From Trichoplax sp. H2 (taxonomy: Eukaryota), in NCBI GenBank assembly GCA_003344405.1, contig NOWV01000168.1:1-64000 (forward strand): 64,000 bases of DNA, read 5' to 3'. The notes under the pieces are model-generated. The model made no database searches. It had not been told where the DNA came from and was given only the letters and a program-made list of their open reading frames with translations. Below are positions 40,815 through 55,500 of the stretch, piece after piece (the stretch's first letter is position 1; each line of letters opens with the position of its first letter). Both the position numbers and the translations under genes were made by a program.

Positions 40815-42750
40815 AAGATGGAAATTAGAATCGAGTTGCAGCGGCTCGTCTCTTGATTAAAATTTTGTACTTAAGCATTATGGAAAGGAAACTATTTTAA
40901 AGTTGCAAACTGAGGTCCTGTACCTATCGAAGTGAGTGTTTTATTTGGCTTTTGCCGACGACATGATAGAAGTAAAGATTTCTAAAATCAACGGAAATCG
41001 AGTAGTAGCAGCTCGTCTCTTGATTAAAATTTTGTATATAAGCATTATGGAAAGGAAGCAATTTTAAAGTTGCAAACTGAGCTACTGTACCTATCGAAAT
41101 GAGTATTTTATTTAGATTTTGCCGACGACATGATAGAAGTTAAAATTCCTAAAATCAACAGCTAGAAAGACTAAAATACTTTTTCAGAAAAGGAAAATAT
41201 CAATGGATACTTAGGCAAGAAAATGTCTAAAATGCACCATGAAGTATTCGGCTGGCAGAGTAAAAGGGAATACTGTTTGTTGTTTACTGGCAACATTATG
41301 CAGTAGTAAACAAATGTTCCTAGAATTAGCTGATAGGCTGGCTTATATAATTCTGCCTTATACAGTAAAAGTGATTCCTTTTATCGTTTGCCGACGACAT
41401 TATGTAGCAGTTAATAAATATTCCCTAGCACAGCATGATAGACGTAAGGTGTACAATTATGGGGACTTCTCACGCCTGTAAACGCTTACATTTTTGGCCT
41501 TTTATCGACAATATTATGAAATAAAGATTCCTAGAATAAGCCAATAGAATGACTGAAAAAGAAAATACTTTAATTCCTAATGAAATCTCTTTCTAATAGC
41601 TAATACTTTTGGCGTTTTCCGACGATGTTACAGTAAATAAATATTTCTAGAACAACCTGATATACACTAGGAATACAACGATAAGTGTAAACTTCTACTC
41701 CTAGAATGAATAGATCAAAGGGTATTAAAAAGACTGAAAAAGAAAATGTAGATCCTGTACATCCATTAAGCAAGGAAAGACTTAAATTACCTAATCAAGC
41801 CATTTTCTAACAGCTAATGCTGTTTAACAATCATTAACTGACAATATTATAGTAAATAACTATTTCCTAGAACCACCTGATATACGATAGGAATACAACG
41901 ATAAGTGTAAACTTCTACTCCTAGAATGAAAAGGTCGAAGGGAAAAGACTGAAAAAGAAATTGTTGATCCTGTACATCCATTAAGCAAGGAAAGACTTAA
42001 AATGCCTAATCAAGCTTCTTTCTAACAGCTAATGCTGTTATCATTAACTGACGATATTATAGTAAATAGCTATTTCCTAGAACCACCTGATATACACTAG
42101 GAATACAATGATAAGTACGAACTGCTAGCCCTAGAATAAACCAATAGAAAGGAAAAAGATTGAAAAAGAAAATATCAATACTGTACGTCTAGATATTAAG
42201 CAAGGAAGTACTTAATATACTTAGTGAAGCTTCCATCTATAACTATAGAAGCAAATACTTTTATCCTTTACTGGCGATATTATCATAAATAAATATCACC
42301 TAGTGCAACCCGATCCACGTCTGTTAAAGGAATACAATTTGAAGTAGGAGCTCTACTCCTATGAGCGCTAACATTTCTTTCGCCTTTTCTCGATGACATG
42401 AAATAAAAAATTCCTAGAATAAACTGATACAAAGACTGAAAAAATTTGTAAATGCGAATACATACTTTACTCAAGAAAATGTTTAAAATACCTAAAGAAG
42501 CTTCCTTTTAGTATAGTAGCAGCGAATACTTTTGTCGTTTACCGACAATACTACAGAAATGAATATTCGCTAGAACAACCTGATATACACTGGGGAGTGC
42601 AGGTAGAAGTATGAGCTTTTATTTGTAAGCGCTTATAATCTTTTACCTTTATCGATGACATCAGAGAACTGAAAATCCCTTGACATGAATTAATGTAAAG
42701 ACTTCAAAAGAAAATGTCAATGTATTCGTTAAGCAAGATTTTTCAGCGGT
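40815..42750. repeat. Diverged tandem array of about 170-230 bp units
   Basis: A near-identical pair lies at about 40820-40990 and 40991-41160. Units containing CTAGAAC.ACCTGATATAC...GGAATACAA.GATAAGT...AAAGACTGAAAAAGAAA...TTAAGCAAGGAA occur near 41645, 41865, 42075 and, more diverged, 42300 and 42570. Confidence 0.8.
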
Positions 42751-42889
42751 GTATAAAAGCATCGTTGAAAGTGAGATAATAAATTTTGGAAGAATCAATC
42801 ACCCAAATTATTTTATAAATGGTTTATCCATAAAATTTTAAGTACTCCTGTCTTGGCTAAATTTGATGTTCATGGTTAGATATCGCATT

Positions 42890-43480
42890 CTTGATTTTAT
42901 TTTAAAATGGCAATATTTATACCTACCGCTCTGCTGATTTACCGCATATTGTTAATATTATAAGTTATAAATGAATCTGTATTTTATCATTTACTGCTCA
43001 TATGTGTACAGTAGGTACTTAAAAGCATAGTAGATTGTAGTAAATTGATTTGAGAAGTAATTATTGACTTATTAGAAATTGGCAACACATTTATACCTGT
43101 CCATTTGCTCATTTATATTATTTTATAAATACAATAAGTGATGAATGTATATTTTACCATTTGCTATCAATGTGTACTGGCCTTGTAAAATAGAGTAAAT
43201 TGCAGTAAAATGATTGGAAGAGCAATTATAGACTCTCTTTGCAATCAAATTGCAATGAAAGAATTTGAAGAGCGATTATCGACTTATTATAAAATGTAAT
43301 ACATCTATACTAGCCGCTTTGCTCACTTACAATATTCATTCATGCTGCAAGTTATACGTACTAATGTCAGTCTCTGCAAGTTATGAATCTACTTGTATAT
43401 TTAATATATTTGTTATGCACATGGACTGGCATTATAAAGTATAGTAGATTGAAGTAAAATAATTGGAAGAGCGCTTAGGC
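42890..43480. repeat. Degenerate tandem repeat, about 3 units of about 170-240 bp
   Basis: Recurrent TAGTAGATTG.AGTAAA.T.ATT.GAAG-like motif near 43030, 43195 and 43445, with preceding ATGAAT.T.TATTTTA.CATTT.CT motifs. Confidence 0.55.
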
Positions 43481-45390
43481 TGTCGGTGTATTTGACCTAA
43501 CTTAACCGACAGAATATAGATGATTAGATATAAATGGCATTGGATTTGCTTTCTAGCTTGTATCATAAGCCAACTAAAAAAGAAGACTCCGGCCAGGTAC
43601 TCGTATATCATCGTTACCGTCGCTGTCTAAAATTAACAGTCAATATAAAGAAAACTATAGCCCTCCTATCTTTCCTATCTCTGAAATTATTCTCTCTAGT
43701 CAATTTATAATTTCAATAAATATTCTACTGCAGCTATAGCCGTACTAGAATATTATTTAGACAACCTTAAGGAATCATAACTTGAATCGGTATAGCATAG
43801 TGTATACCGACGTTTGAAATCAGGGATTGGCCGACAGTATCTGTAGTAGGATGGTAAATATGCTGTAAGGCACCGAAATCCAAACGAATTGATACATAGC
43901 ACGATCTTAATTATTTTTTATTTGCCATTCTCATGCATGGTGTGCCATTCATAATTGTTATATATTAAAAATGGAGTGAAAGTTGTTTTAAATGGAGGAA
44001 TTAGCTTAACGTAATACTGGTACGATTACTTGACGATAATCTTTCATTCCCCACTACGTTGAGTTAAACGATAGTAATTAAGCTACCATTGATAATTGCT
44101 ATGTGTATGTTCCTTTCAAGGATTTTGATTTAGGATAGCATTGACTGCCGGTAAGAGTAGGCCAACGACGTAAAAGTGTCGAAATAGTCCTGGTTGTAGG
44201 TCATCATTTCAGAGAAAATTGTTGTCTTATTTCTGTGGTACTGTAATATTGCAGAATCGAATAATGAGCTACTTAATTAAACTCCGCCTTGTTGTCTTCT
44301 CTGTCAATATTTAACAGATTTTTGCAATTAGCTTCAGTTATGAGAGATTTCAAATGGAAATACAGTCGAAATAGGGCCCCGTTGGTACATAAACATAAAC
44401 TAGCCGCGGTTTACGCAATGTCCGAAGCTATCCCGACTTGCGTTATTTAGCATGATGGGACTCGTTTTACCTTGTGTTATACATTATTGTAATACAATCC
44501 GAAAATAGCTTCAGATGGAGGTTATAATGCAGCCTTTATGCATAATGGTGATCCATTGTAGACGAATAGATTAAAGATAGATATTCGTTGGTAATTAGTC
44601 TGACGAATCAATTTGTGGAATAAGTTGTAATTTGACAGGAAATTGAAATTCTAGTCACAATAGTCTGGAACGCTTTATCGCCATTATACAATGATAATGT
44701 CTAGATCTAGTTCGAACATTTATTTCTGTAAAAGAAATCCTTTCACTGCTGCATGTGATTGCAATAACAAATTGTCAGTAGATACTTGAAGTAGGACGAA
44801 CCTTTCCATTATACAGACAATCGGATAAACAGCGAGTCTGGTAATAAAATAAACCCTGCCGGGCTGCTTATAGTGTTAAATTGAATTAATGTACTCTAGC
44901 CGAACCCATTAACTGTGGCTTAACTTGTAATATAATACACAATACAATTACATTTATATTAAAGCTTAACATAGCATGCATTAGTATTTAGCTTGAGTAG
45001 TAGGGAAAAAGTGGCTAGGTTTAAATTCCCTATTGAGGACTAAACAATGCTTTAATAACTGCGATTTTAGGGCGAGGCTATATTTTATAGACTATTATAG
45101 TGGAAGGGGAAATTATTGGTTACTTTAGTATTTATTAATAGCAATAGTACTCGTATAAAGAATCAATAGCTAATAGCCCAATGACTAGAAAGGGCTTATG
45201 GCACTGGAGCTCATGAGTCTAGGTTATAGTAATCTAGTGTGTAAGCGAGAGGATTAATGGAGCACTATGGGACACTATACAATATTGATTCCATCAACAA
45301 CAGGGCTACCATGGCAGCAGACTAGTAGCAGCCAATTTCACCTCCATTATCAATCAACCGCTTTCTTATATAGAATTAACACTAGGATTA

Positions 45391-45446
45391 CCTACAGCAT
45401 GGACAACTAGAAAAAGCCCGCTTTTTCTAGTTGTCCATGCCTACAG
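45391..45446. mobile_element. 42-bp perfect foldback flanked by a 7-bp direct repeat (minimal MITE or transposon remnant)
   Basis: CCTACAG | CATGGACAACTAGAAAAAGC CC GCTTTTTCTAGTTGTCCATG | CCTACAG: 20-bp perfect arms and a 2-nt loop. Confidence 0.7.
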
Positions 45447-48400
45447 CTATAGCAATTGCACTATTTTCATAATGATCATGGTAAACTGATGCGCTTATCA
45501 CTGCAGAACATATTATTCTGAGTTTTGAACGGCTTAAAGGCATTAATTTAAGGTATAATGTAGGATAAAATAATATTCCCTAATAATTGTTATTCTACAG
45601 GCATCCAAAAAATAATCTAATATTATTAGCAGAACTTCTTTACTCCTAAATTGACCTAATTTATGAAATAATATTATTTGAGGGCTATTTAAAAATATGT
45701 CGTCGATAAATTTTTCAACATGTAGTTAACATAATAGTCTACTCTTTGCCGTATTAGTTTGTAGAGTTTAATCAATTTCAGACAGATACTTTTCTTACAT
45801 ATTTTAAAAAGTTAAATGTCCTTACAATTACTGATATTACAGAATATCAAAATGTAATGTTACTATTAACAAATATGTAACTGATATCACATTGAATAAG
45901 GCATTTAGTTATTAAAATCATCTTATCTAAGCATTTATCTCTACTACCGTATTATCGAAACTTGCGAAAAATCATACCAATCTTTTTGATAAACTGTATA
46001 TTGTAACTAAAAATAATGAAATTCATCCCACAATTAGAGGATATTAATAGCATAGTAAAAAAATAAATGGCAAGAACTAAAAGTATCAATTAATCGTATC
46101 CATTAATGAGCCATATTATTATGCTGTTCTATTTTTAATATATTGATTTATCATAAGCTTAATACCTTCTTAGAATGAAAAGAATAAAAAATAATTTATA
46201 TGAATTGGATGTATTATCCTCATCAACTAGTTGGCCATATAATAATGAAATTCTATTTTTAATATATTGACTTGTTATTAGCTAAATATCTTTCGAAATG
46301 ACAGGAATGACCATAATTACTGCATTCATTACATCCGTATCTTAACATATAGTTTGTGCACCTTAACATATACCGAAGCTGTCATATGCCAAATTTATAT
46401 TTTATTGCGATACTATGTTGTAAAATTAATAAGATATCGAATTTTCAATCGGATTCACACTTAATCATAGACAGATTTTGATACTTGTTGATACTGTCAA
46501 AAATCATCACTTTTATATGCACTAGAAATTAAATTAAGAAGTTAATGTGTTACATGATTTATTGGCATTAAATGATGAATTTTAAAATTACTTAAAATAA
46601 ATATTTTTTTACTCCTAAAAATCAAAAAGAGTAAGCTAGGAAAATTGTAATTATGAATGTTACATTTTAATAGAATATTTTTGTGTATTCGTACCTTAAC
46701 GATTAAATTGATAAAATTAACAGGACAGTCAAAACTGTAATCTGGATAACTTTACGTATATATTCTATAAAACTACCAATATAACGTATTAATTATTATT
46801 TCGGTTGGCTCAAGGTTACTTTATTTGGTATATGCTGACTTGGAGAAATTTATAGGAACCTATAGAAAATTACAACTATTTATGCTGCCTAGTCCGGTAT
46901 TGTTCGGAACTTACACTAATGGGAAGTGGCAGTGGAAAAAACACGCCGACATAACTTTCTATGCATATAACAGATTACCGTTATTGTGAGAGAGCATATC
47001 CAGATAAAAGAAATAAATCTATAAATACTAGTTCAATTGCCTAATTCTGATTACGAAAGACGCTTTAATTAATAAGTAGGTCATGCCGAAATTACTGTTG
47101 GTATAATTTTATCGAAGTGACGATACTTACATTCAAGCAGCCACCTGAAGAATAGAAAATAAGAAGGATTCTTTCTTGAAAGTTCATACTGGATAAACTT
47201 ATTCTGGAATATCATTTAATTTTACTTTTAGATACTGTTGTAAAATATGATGTATCTATTTACTATTAAACAATTTTTAATGAAGGACAATCGCTTGTGA
47301 CTAATATTCTCTCAACTGTTAACGGTTAGTCATTATATTATCGCTAAATTGATGCTGTCTTTCAGTTAATTATTAGCGTGATAATAACTTAATCTATTTA
47401 AAGATTCAGCATTGAAGAATTTAACTTTCCAGTTGAAATTAAAATGCGCATAGCGTTATCAAACAACTTATTCATTATGTTGGCGACAGAACTTATTAAC
47501 ATCAATTTTAAAAGACCCTACAACATGTAGCACTATAACTACACTACTTTAATATAAAAATATTCCCTTACTGTGTAATCTGACCTACGACCTGTTTTTA
47601 TCTATTCCTTGAAAACTACTGTCTACTTATGGTTATAGAAAATTCAATATCACCCTTAAATATAAAAGAAAGTAATATAATAAAGAATGAATTGATTTCT
47701 TAAGAGTCAGATGTTAACAACTACTCTAAATGATTTCTAGCTAAATATAACATGACCTTAATTATTCGTCTTGGAAACTGGTTGAATGTCAGTTATTTTT
47801 AGTTCAATAAAATAATAACCATTTCAATATACAGTAAATCACTTTCAAAGTAGATTTTAATTACGCCTCTGAGTGACAATCACACGTTATAAATCATTGA
47901 CACAAGCAATTATAATAGCTAGCTTTTGAAGTAGAAAATGATGAAAAAAGTCGATACAAATTTTAATGCAATCATGAATAATTAGACGATGAAACTAAAA
48001 ATTGTAGTAATCATGATTAATAAAATATATTTTCCATTCATCTCGTTACAAAAGTGAGCATCGTTTATAGACTGTTGTATGAGAATTGATTCACGTCAGA
48101 GATTTGATGACTTTAAAGTCAATTCGTCATTTACGTCAATAAGGTATTGTATTCATTTGTACCCATTCATGACATGGCTAACTCTAAATTAAGCTATCAT
48201 TTTATATGCCTAAAGGAATTAAGATAATTTATTTTAATGGCATCATTAATTCCATCAAGGTCATCTAAATTTATATTCTATTTAGATTGAAAGCACTCAT
48301 TATCATGAAACTAGCAACAAGTTGAAATTGGATAGCAAGAAGAAATTGAAATAATCCCCCAATTATTTTGATAATTCATCTAAATAATCCATTGGTGATA

Positions 48401-49566
48401 ATAAAAATAATGATTTGATCCAATCAACACCTCTAACCCATGGCTATGGCATGAAACTCAAACTTATATAAGTATAGAAAACACTACAAGGTATCTGTCT
48501 CTTTCTTAAGTATACCATGATGATTGGATCAATCATTTGAGTATATGCAGCCTTGATTAAACTTTATCATCACATGATGATTGGAATGGATTGTTCGCCA
48601 CCTGATTAGTTACGTCATTCTTTATCTTGTCTACCTCGATAGCTAAATTGCCATAGCAACCGGATTGCTGGTCTTATTATCGTCACAAATTGTTTTTCTA
48701 CTTGTTATTGCTAAAACAGGACAATAATATAATCGAAGCAGAAGAGCTCCTCTACTTTTGTCTCATAACTTTCTACAAGGGTCGTGTTATAATCAATGCA
48801 GTCTTTTCTTCTCATTTATTATTAAAAAAAACAAAAATCTACCACTAAGGCAAATTATACAAACCCATTGACAGCGATACAACTTGTTGAATTTGAACAG
48901 CGAACTAGGTTGGCGAATTTGCATAGACGTCCTCAAATTGATATCATCTTCGTTTCTTTTTGGTTATTCCTCAACATCAGATAGTATTTTTAACCCTAAA
49001 GCGTAGCTCAACAAAAAAACTAATCGATATCAAGTCATTACAACGCTAATTCTAAATTATTTCTTCTCCAAATTGTTTCAAATATCGGATCGACTATTGA
49101 ACATCTTGAGCTATCCCATCCTCCAACAGGTTATACCCATTAATCTTGCCATCGTATCAAGTATCCATTTACTTTACTCCTCAAGGATAGCCATTAATCG
49201 AACAGCAAGCTGATTAGAAATAATATTGGATCATAAAATTCCTCAATCCGCATAAAGACTTATTATTCCAATTGAAACCATTTAAAGAAAGAAATCGCTT
49301 TACATTCCATTAAAATAATTGGATTGATACTATAGATTGCACACATCAATTTATTCTTTCCGTCGCGATATTGCTTAACTTCATAGGCTTCAGCCTTAAA
49401 TATTGACATCCAGAGATCAAGAATAGTATGTATTGACTCTGATTGGCATTAATCCATTGGAAAATCACTTTATAACTCTGCTGTTAGATATCCTACATAA
49501 TTATTGGCTATTGTCTACAAGAGTAAGAAAACGTTTCCAACTTACCGTTGATTGTATTACCCAAAG

Positions 49567-52500
49567 ATGGGTGCAGTATTAAGTAGGAAAGTACAACTGG
49601 CTAGTGACGACAGTTGGAAATACACTGTTCGTAATGATGACGACGACGGAGGTGAAGAAAATAAAAAAAATAATCAAGAGAATTATCATACTATAAGTAA
49701 ATTATTAAACTCTACTCATCAAACAAGTACAGTTCCAGCCATGACTAGCAATAGTAAAGCTTATAAAGAGCTAAAATTCGATTACGAATACACTTGGCCA
49801 TTCGAAAATCTTGTTCTTGAAGGAGGTGGTAGTAAAGGGATGGCCTACGTTGGTACTCTTAAGGTTAGTTTGATAAAGTAAACATCTCCATCATTTGCTT
49901 TGATAATCATTCATGTAATGAATAGCAATATTATCAAGCATAAATAAAATAAATCAAGTAATTTAAACCTAGTGGAGCATATCGCTATAATAAAAAGTCG
50001 CTCGTATCTTTCTTAAACAACATCATCCCTAAAATCTGACCTTAGTGATGAAATCAACTTCATTTTCGGTATTTTATTACAAAGTCCGCGGTTAAGGAGC
50101 ACATATAGCAATCACTGAGAATTTAATTACCGAATGATAAAAGTCAGACAATAACTCATTTATATTCCATTTTTGTTTTACCTTATTTTAATACGGATGA
50201 AACGATAACTTTTTTTCTTGGTTTTTGCATTACGTACCTTATCAGTTCTATGATGTTGCTGTTGATATAAAGAATCAACCATCATAGCATAAATTCAGAT
50301 GCTTTAAAGTCTCAAATTCTATTGCATAAATATATGAATTTTAAAGATAAGAGCATCAATTGAAAGTTTAACTCTACCATAGATTCATTGGCAATTTATG
50401 ATAAGCATGTTAAACCTATCGGTTGAAATTTGACTTTAAATTCTTATAATGATATAGGATAACGCATTGAGTAATTTATTATTTTATGATAGCGATCCAT
50501 TTGCATTAAATAGTTATTAATCAATGGAAGATATTCTATGTATGATACGTTTAGTACAGTCTAACCTATTTTTGCCTAATTCTAGTTACTTAAAAAACCG
50601 GTCATTAACATAACCTGCTTACTGATGTAGTGATTTTATTGTAAAGAGTTGAATCGAACAAGTAACAAGGATGACCGACTTTATTTCATTCAATTTAGCG
50701 CGTTTTAGGATAGATATAAGATTAAAGTTAGCGTGGTCATCAGTATTTTTTCTGAGCTGTTACACTTTAAAATAACTACCAAGCTCAAATTTAATATTTT
50801 GATACGGTAAGATACTGACCTTGAGGTATGAAGATGACGGTTTCCTATTACTAATTTGCCCTCTTTTCCCTCTGATCACTTCATTATTCAAAGGCATTAT
50901 TATAATCTACAACATGCAGTGATTATTTGATGCCAGTGGGTATTAATTCTCAGAATTCATAATTATACTATAAATTGTTTCTTAATCCACGCACACAAAA
51001 ATATCGGAGCCAACAAACTACATTAATGAAGGATACTTTTCAACCTTGAATTTATGCTCGTACTTAGTTTGTACCATTGGATGGCTTATATTGACAAAGC
51101 TTGAATCCTTTTAAACGACAGCTAGTCATTTTTATCTTTACTGCTTTATTCTAGCGGATTGGGTAATTAACTTTACAAATGATGATTGTTATACCGTCCA
51201 AACGTTATAAAATTTTATTCTGCCTCAATTTTTCGTACCCTACTAATACACGAATTGAATAATATTTCGTATAGAATCGAGTATCGTGTAGTTCCAAACA
51301 TTTAGTAATAATCAAGAAATTATAATATTGCAATAGTCAAATTGAAAATAAACGATTTACGCACGAAACAAATGTTGTATCATTTACTCCTGAAATTTTA
51401 TGGGATACCCAATCAGTCAAAATTTCGCTACGTCTACGCTTGTACTGATATTTTCAAATGTGGGTAAATTTGTGATCTAAAATTATATAAAATTAGTTGT
51501 AGATGAAATAGATATTTCAAGACTAAATACGGCAGCAGATATTCATCAGTGCCGCTTTGGATTTTATTAGATAGTACTATTTTTAATGTTTTCTTCAGCC
51601 TGTTTGATCCCTACGAAAGCGATCTGCATATAGCAAGCGTCTGAATTCTTTTAAAGGGTGTTCTAAACATACGCATAGAATAGATATTTTGCTGACTGTG
51701 TAAACATCATATTCAACTTTGACATCTCTTTTACGCCGAATAATATAACACCTAGAAACCGTCGCATACCACTCTCATCATACAGGTCTTAGTTAGCCTA
51801 GGAAAAAAATAAATTCGACAGTAAAAATCATTTTTTTCCTATTGCCCATCGATAACACCAATTCGACATCATCCACAAACAGTCCGATTTGACTTTATAC
51901 TTTAATCAAGAAATTTCTTCAAAAAGAAATCATTGTCTATAGTCAGAAAAAACTCCTTAGGTGCCAACTGAAAATGATGAATTGTTTTCTTTCAATCTAA
52001 CTAGAAGCTTATGCCCATTCTTTCCTGCTACATACCTTTCTATCGATATTTTGTTGTCTAGTTTTTCAATCCCATTCAGGATCGATGCCACGCCTTATGT
52101 ATATATACAGTATATGCCGCCGCTATTGATTCAAGTTTAACTACGCCATTTTCTATTATAATTATTTCCCTCCTCTGTTAGTAATTCTTGCCTGTCTATC
52201 TACTATGATAAAGTCTTGCATCATTTTTCTATTCAATGTTTTTTACCCTATAGCGATAAGAATCGGGTTTAAGTAATTTTGATTTAATTTCCATTCCGAT
52301 TAGTTTTTGCTAGCAGTAATAGGAATCATCCTTTACATTTAGAGAGCGTATTTTATCATGGACTTCTAACAAGCCCCCTGATTTTATATACTAGTCTGTC
52401 GTAGTAATGATAGAGAGGTGTAGACTTGTCGTTGTGGACGATTTTTCGCTAGCAGCAATGATCTAAGAATTTTATTTTACTAGGAAGTTGGAGGGCATAT

Positions 52501-55500
52501 TTTGCATACCCAATCGGTCGTAGTAATGATAAAGAGATGTACATGTACTTGTCAATCCTGTTATCCAATATAGTGCATCTAGATACATAAAATTCCATGG
52601 TCAGAGTGGATAAAATGAGAATTCAGTTGGATCAGACTAGAAGAGTTTAACAGGAAATTAGATGAGATGGACCTGTTGCTTGTACAATCGCTTCGTAAGC
52701 ATTGACATTTGTATAGGAACTATCGCAATCGTTGACAATTCTTCGTTATACCTTTTATTGATGACCATAATGAATATGCGATTAACTTATCCTACATCCG
52801 GATAAAAGGAGCAATAAAAGATAATAGGTTAATAGTGCAATGGCGAGTGGTCCTTTTTAATCCTTTCCTTCCTCATAGTTAGAGATGGAAAGAATAATGT
52901 ATCAAAGTTAAAATTTCTTGTCATATGATATTTAAGGAACTTGATATAATCAGAAATAGAGAAATTCAGTTTCTATATTATGACGCTAGTAATTCTATTA
53001 GAAATAGCATATTGACAACCTTGATGGAAAAACGTAACAGTTTGGTAATTGTTGCAGTCATTAATGATTAGCATTTCATAGAGCAATAATTCCTAGCTAC
53101 ACAACTGGATTATGTTATAATTGTATTCATTCTTAATAATATGATAGGTATTAGAAGATGCCGGCATTCTTCGAAATATAAAACGCGTAGCAGGCGCAAG
53201 TGCAGGCGCCATGTCAGCTTGCCTAATTGCAGTTGGCTTGAAACCATCTCAAATAGAGGAATTCTTGAATCAAGATACTCGTAAATTATTAATGGGTAAG
53301 TCCTACTAATTTCATTTTGTACGTGTATATCATTTGCAAGCGATTTTAATTGCAATTTATAAGCTATTTATTGATCCTAATTGATGATAATATAAAGATT
53401 CATATCATCATCATACTGTATTTTTGATAGCCAATGACGACGGTAGATAAATTCGTAGTTAGGCTTTAATGTCAGTAGGAATATATGCGTATAAAAGGAC
53501 AAGATTATTTTTGAGCTTCTTGCTATCATCATCAATGTTAACGAAGCTATGCGAACATACTATCGCATATGATTACGTCAAATTACGATCATAATGAATA
53601 ATTTACGTCGATAAAAGGGAAAGGTGTAGATAGATTTGTTTCAATTGACTACATTATATGTTTGATCACAATTTCCTCTTTCATTATACTATGAATGACT
53701 AGCTATAGTAGAGAAAATAACGTCCATTTATTCCCTTATACTACAAGTATCAGTAAGATAAAATTAATGATTACCAGCAGGGAGTAACCTCAAAGTATTT
53801 AATTATTTTTTTCTGTGGTGTTATTGCTATTTACAGATCATTCTTGCGGTTACCTCAGTTTATTACCAAATATTTTACAAAAGTACGGCTGGAATCCAGG
53901 TAAAAGATTATTGCATTGGTTCGGTGAGACACTAGAGAATGTCACTGGTAATGCCGATATCACTTTTTGGGAGGTAAGCTAAACGAATAGAGAAAGTAAA
54001 GAAATCATAGCAATTTTTTCTTGATTTTTAAATTTATTTGAATATGAAATATATTCATTTCTACGGATAGGTTTATGAAGGCTTTGGTATTGAGCTTTGC
54101 ATTGTGGCAACAAATCTCAATTTAATGTCAGTAGAATATTTCCACCCTAAAACATCCCCTAATATGCCAATAAGGAAGGCAGTTCGTATGTCTATGTCAA
54201 TTCCAGGTTAGTATAGTATTTGCACAAGATACTCTACTGTAGACATATCCTACAGCAGTATCCAATAGAATATCTCACACAAGATATTGTATCATTATTA
54301 AACTTTGACTCCATTTATCATAATAGGCATATTTCAAAGCGTTTTACACAAAAATCACGAGCACTTTGATGTTTATGTCGATGGTGGGTTACTCTGTAAT
54401 TATCCAATTCATGCGTTCGATGGTTGGTGGCTATCGATGAAGCCTGAAGATAGCTTTTTAAGAAAATTACAACCACTGAATGATTTACCACGATTATTTG
54501 ATAAATCTGAACGATTTGGTGTATGGAATGATAAAACGATTGGATTGATGCTGGTAAAGTGATACACTTATGCGTCTAAAATCATATTCTTTACAACTAT
54601 TAATAAACATTTTTCAAGGCTTATTAAATAAAATCATTTTTTATAATAAATTATAGTACTCGCGTACGGAAAACGAATTTCTTAAAACTTACTTAAGTGC
54701 TAGAGATGGTTGCCAACCTCCATTACCACCAAGAACAAAATTATCAATGTAAGTATATGAGGATATTATGTAATCTAACGCTTTTAGCTTATTTACAAGA
54801 TACAGACAATTCTATTGTCAATATACGATCAATTCTTTGGAAGCCTTTATAATCTTGTTTAAAATTGGTAAATTGAAAAATTTTATAAATGCATTTATGT
54901 AGTGCTAGAGAGAAAATCCGACAGAAGCAACAGATAATGATGAGAGATCATAGCAAGGTTGTTAAAGCAATCGAACGTTTTCTGAAAGTCTTAGCCGAGA
55001 GTAACATCGACGAAGATGCCATAATTGATAAAACTGAGCTCAAGTTGGCATTTAGCGATGTAAGCCCGATATTACTACAGGAATAGCGATTTAGATACTC
55101 GTCAATCAAATTGCTTAATAGTTTTTAAGCTCTTTAGAAGATGACAGGCTCGTCGTTAATAATACGACCATTAAGCTTCTAGATTTGCTTAGTATTAGCC
55201 TAATATTGATCAAAGTATAATTTTTATGTCGACATTCACGTTTATAGAAGGAAAAATTTTCCGACGATGATGCATATCTCCTATTTGGTAAAGATTATAC
55301 CTTGGCATCAGCATTTGAAACTTTAGATACTGACGGAGATGGAAGTGTAAGTAAATCTGCCATAGCTATCTACAGCTCGCTTGTTAATACTAGTCTATTT
55401 GAGAGTGTTCTCTTTTTAAGAAAAATAGAGGGTACTGTTAGTTTTATATTATCAACAGCAATCATAGCATTGGAACTATGGAACACTTATCACAACGGAT

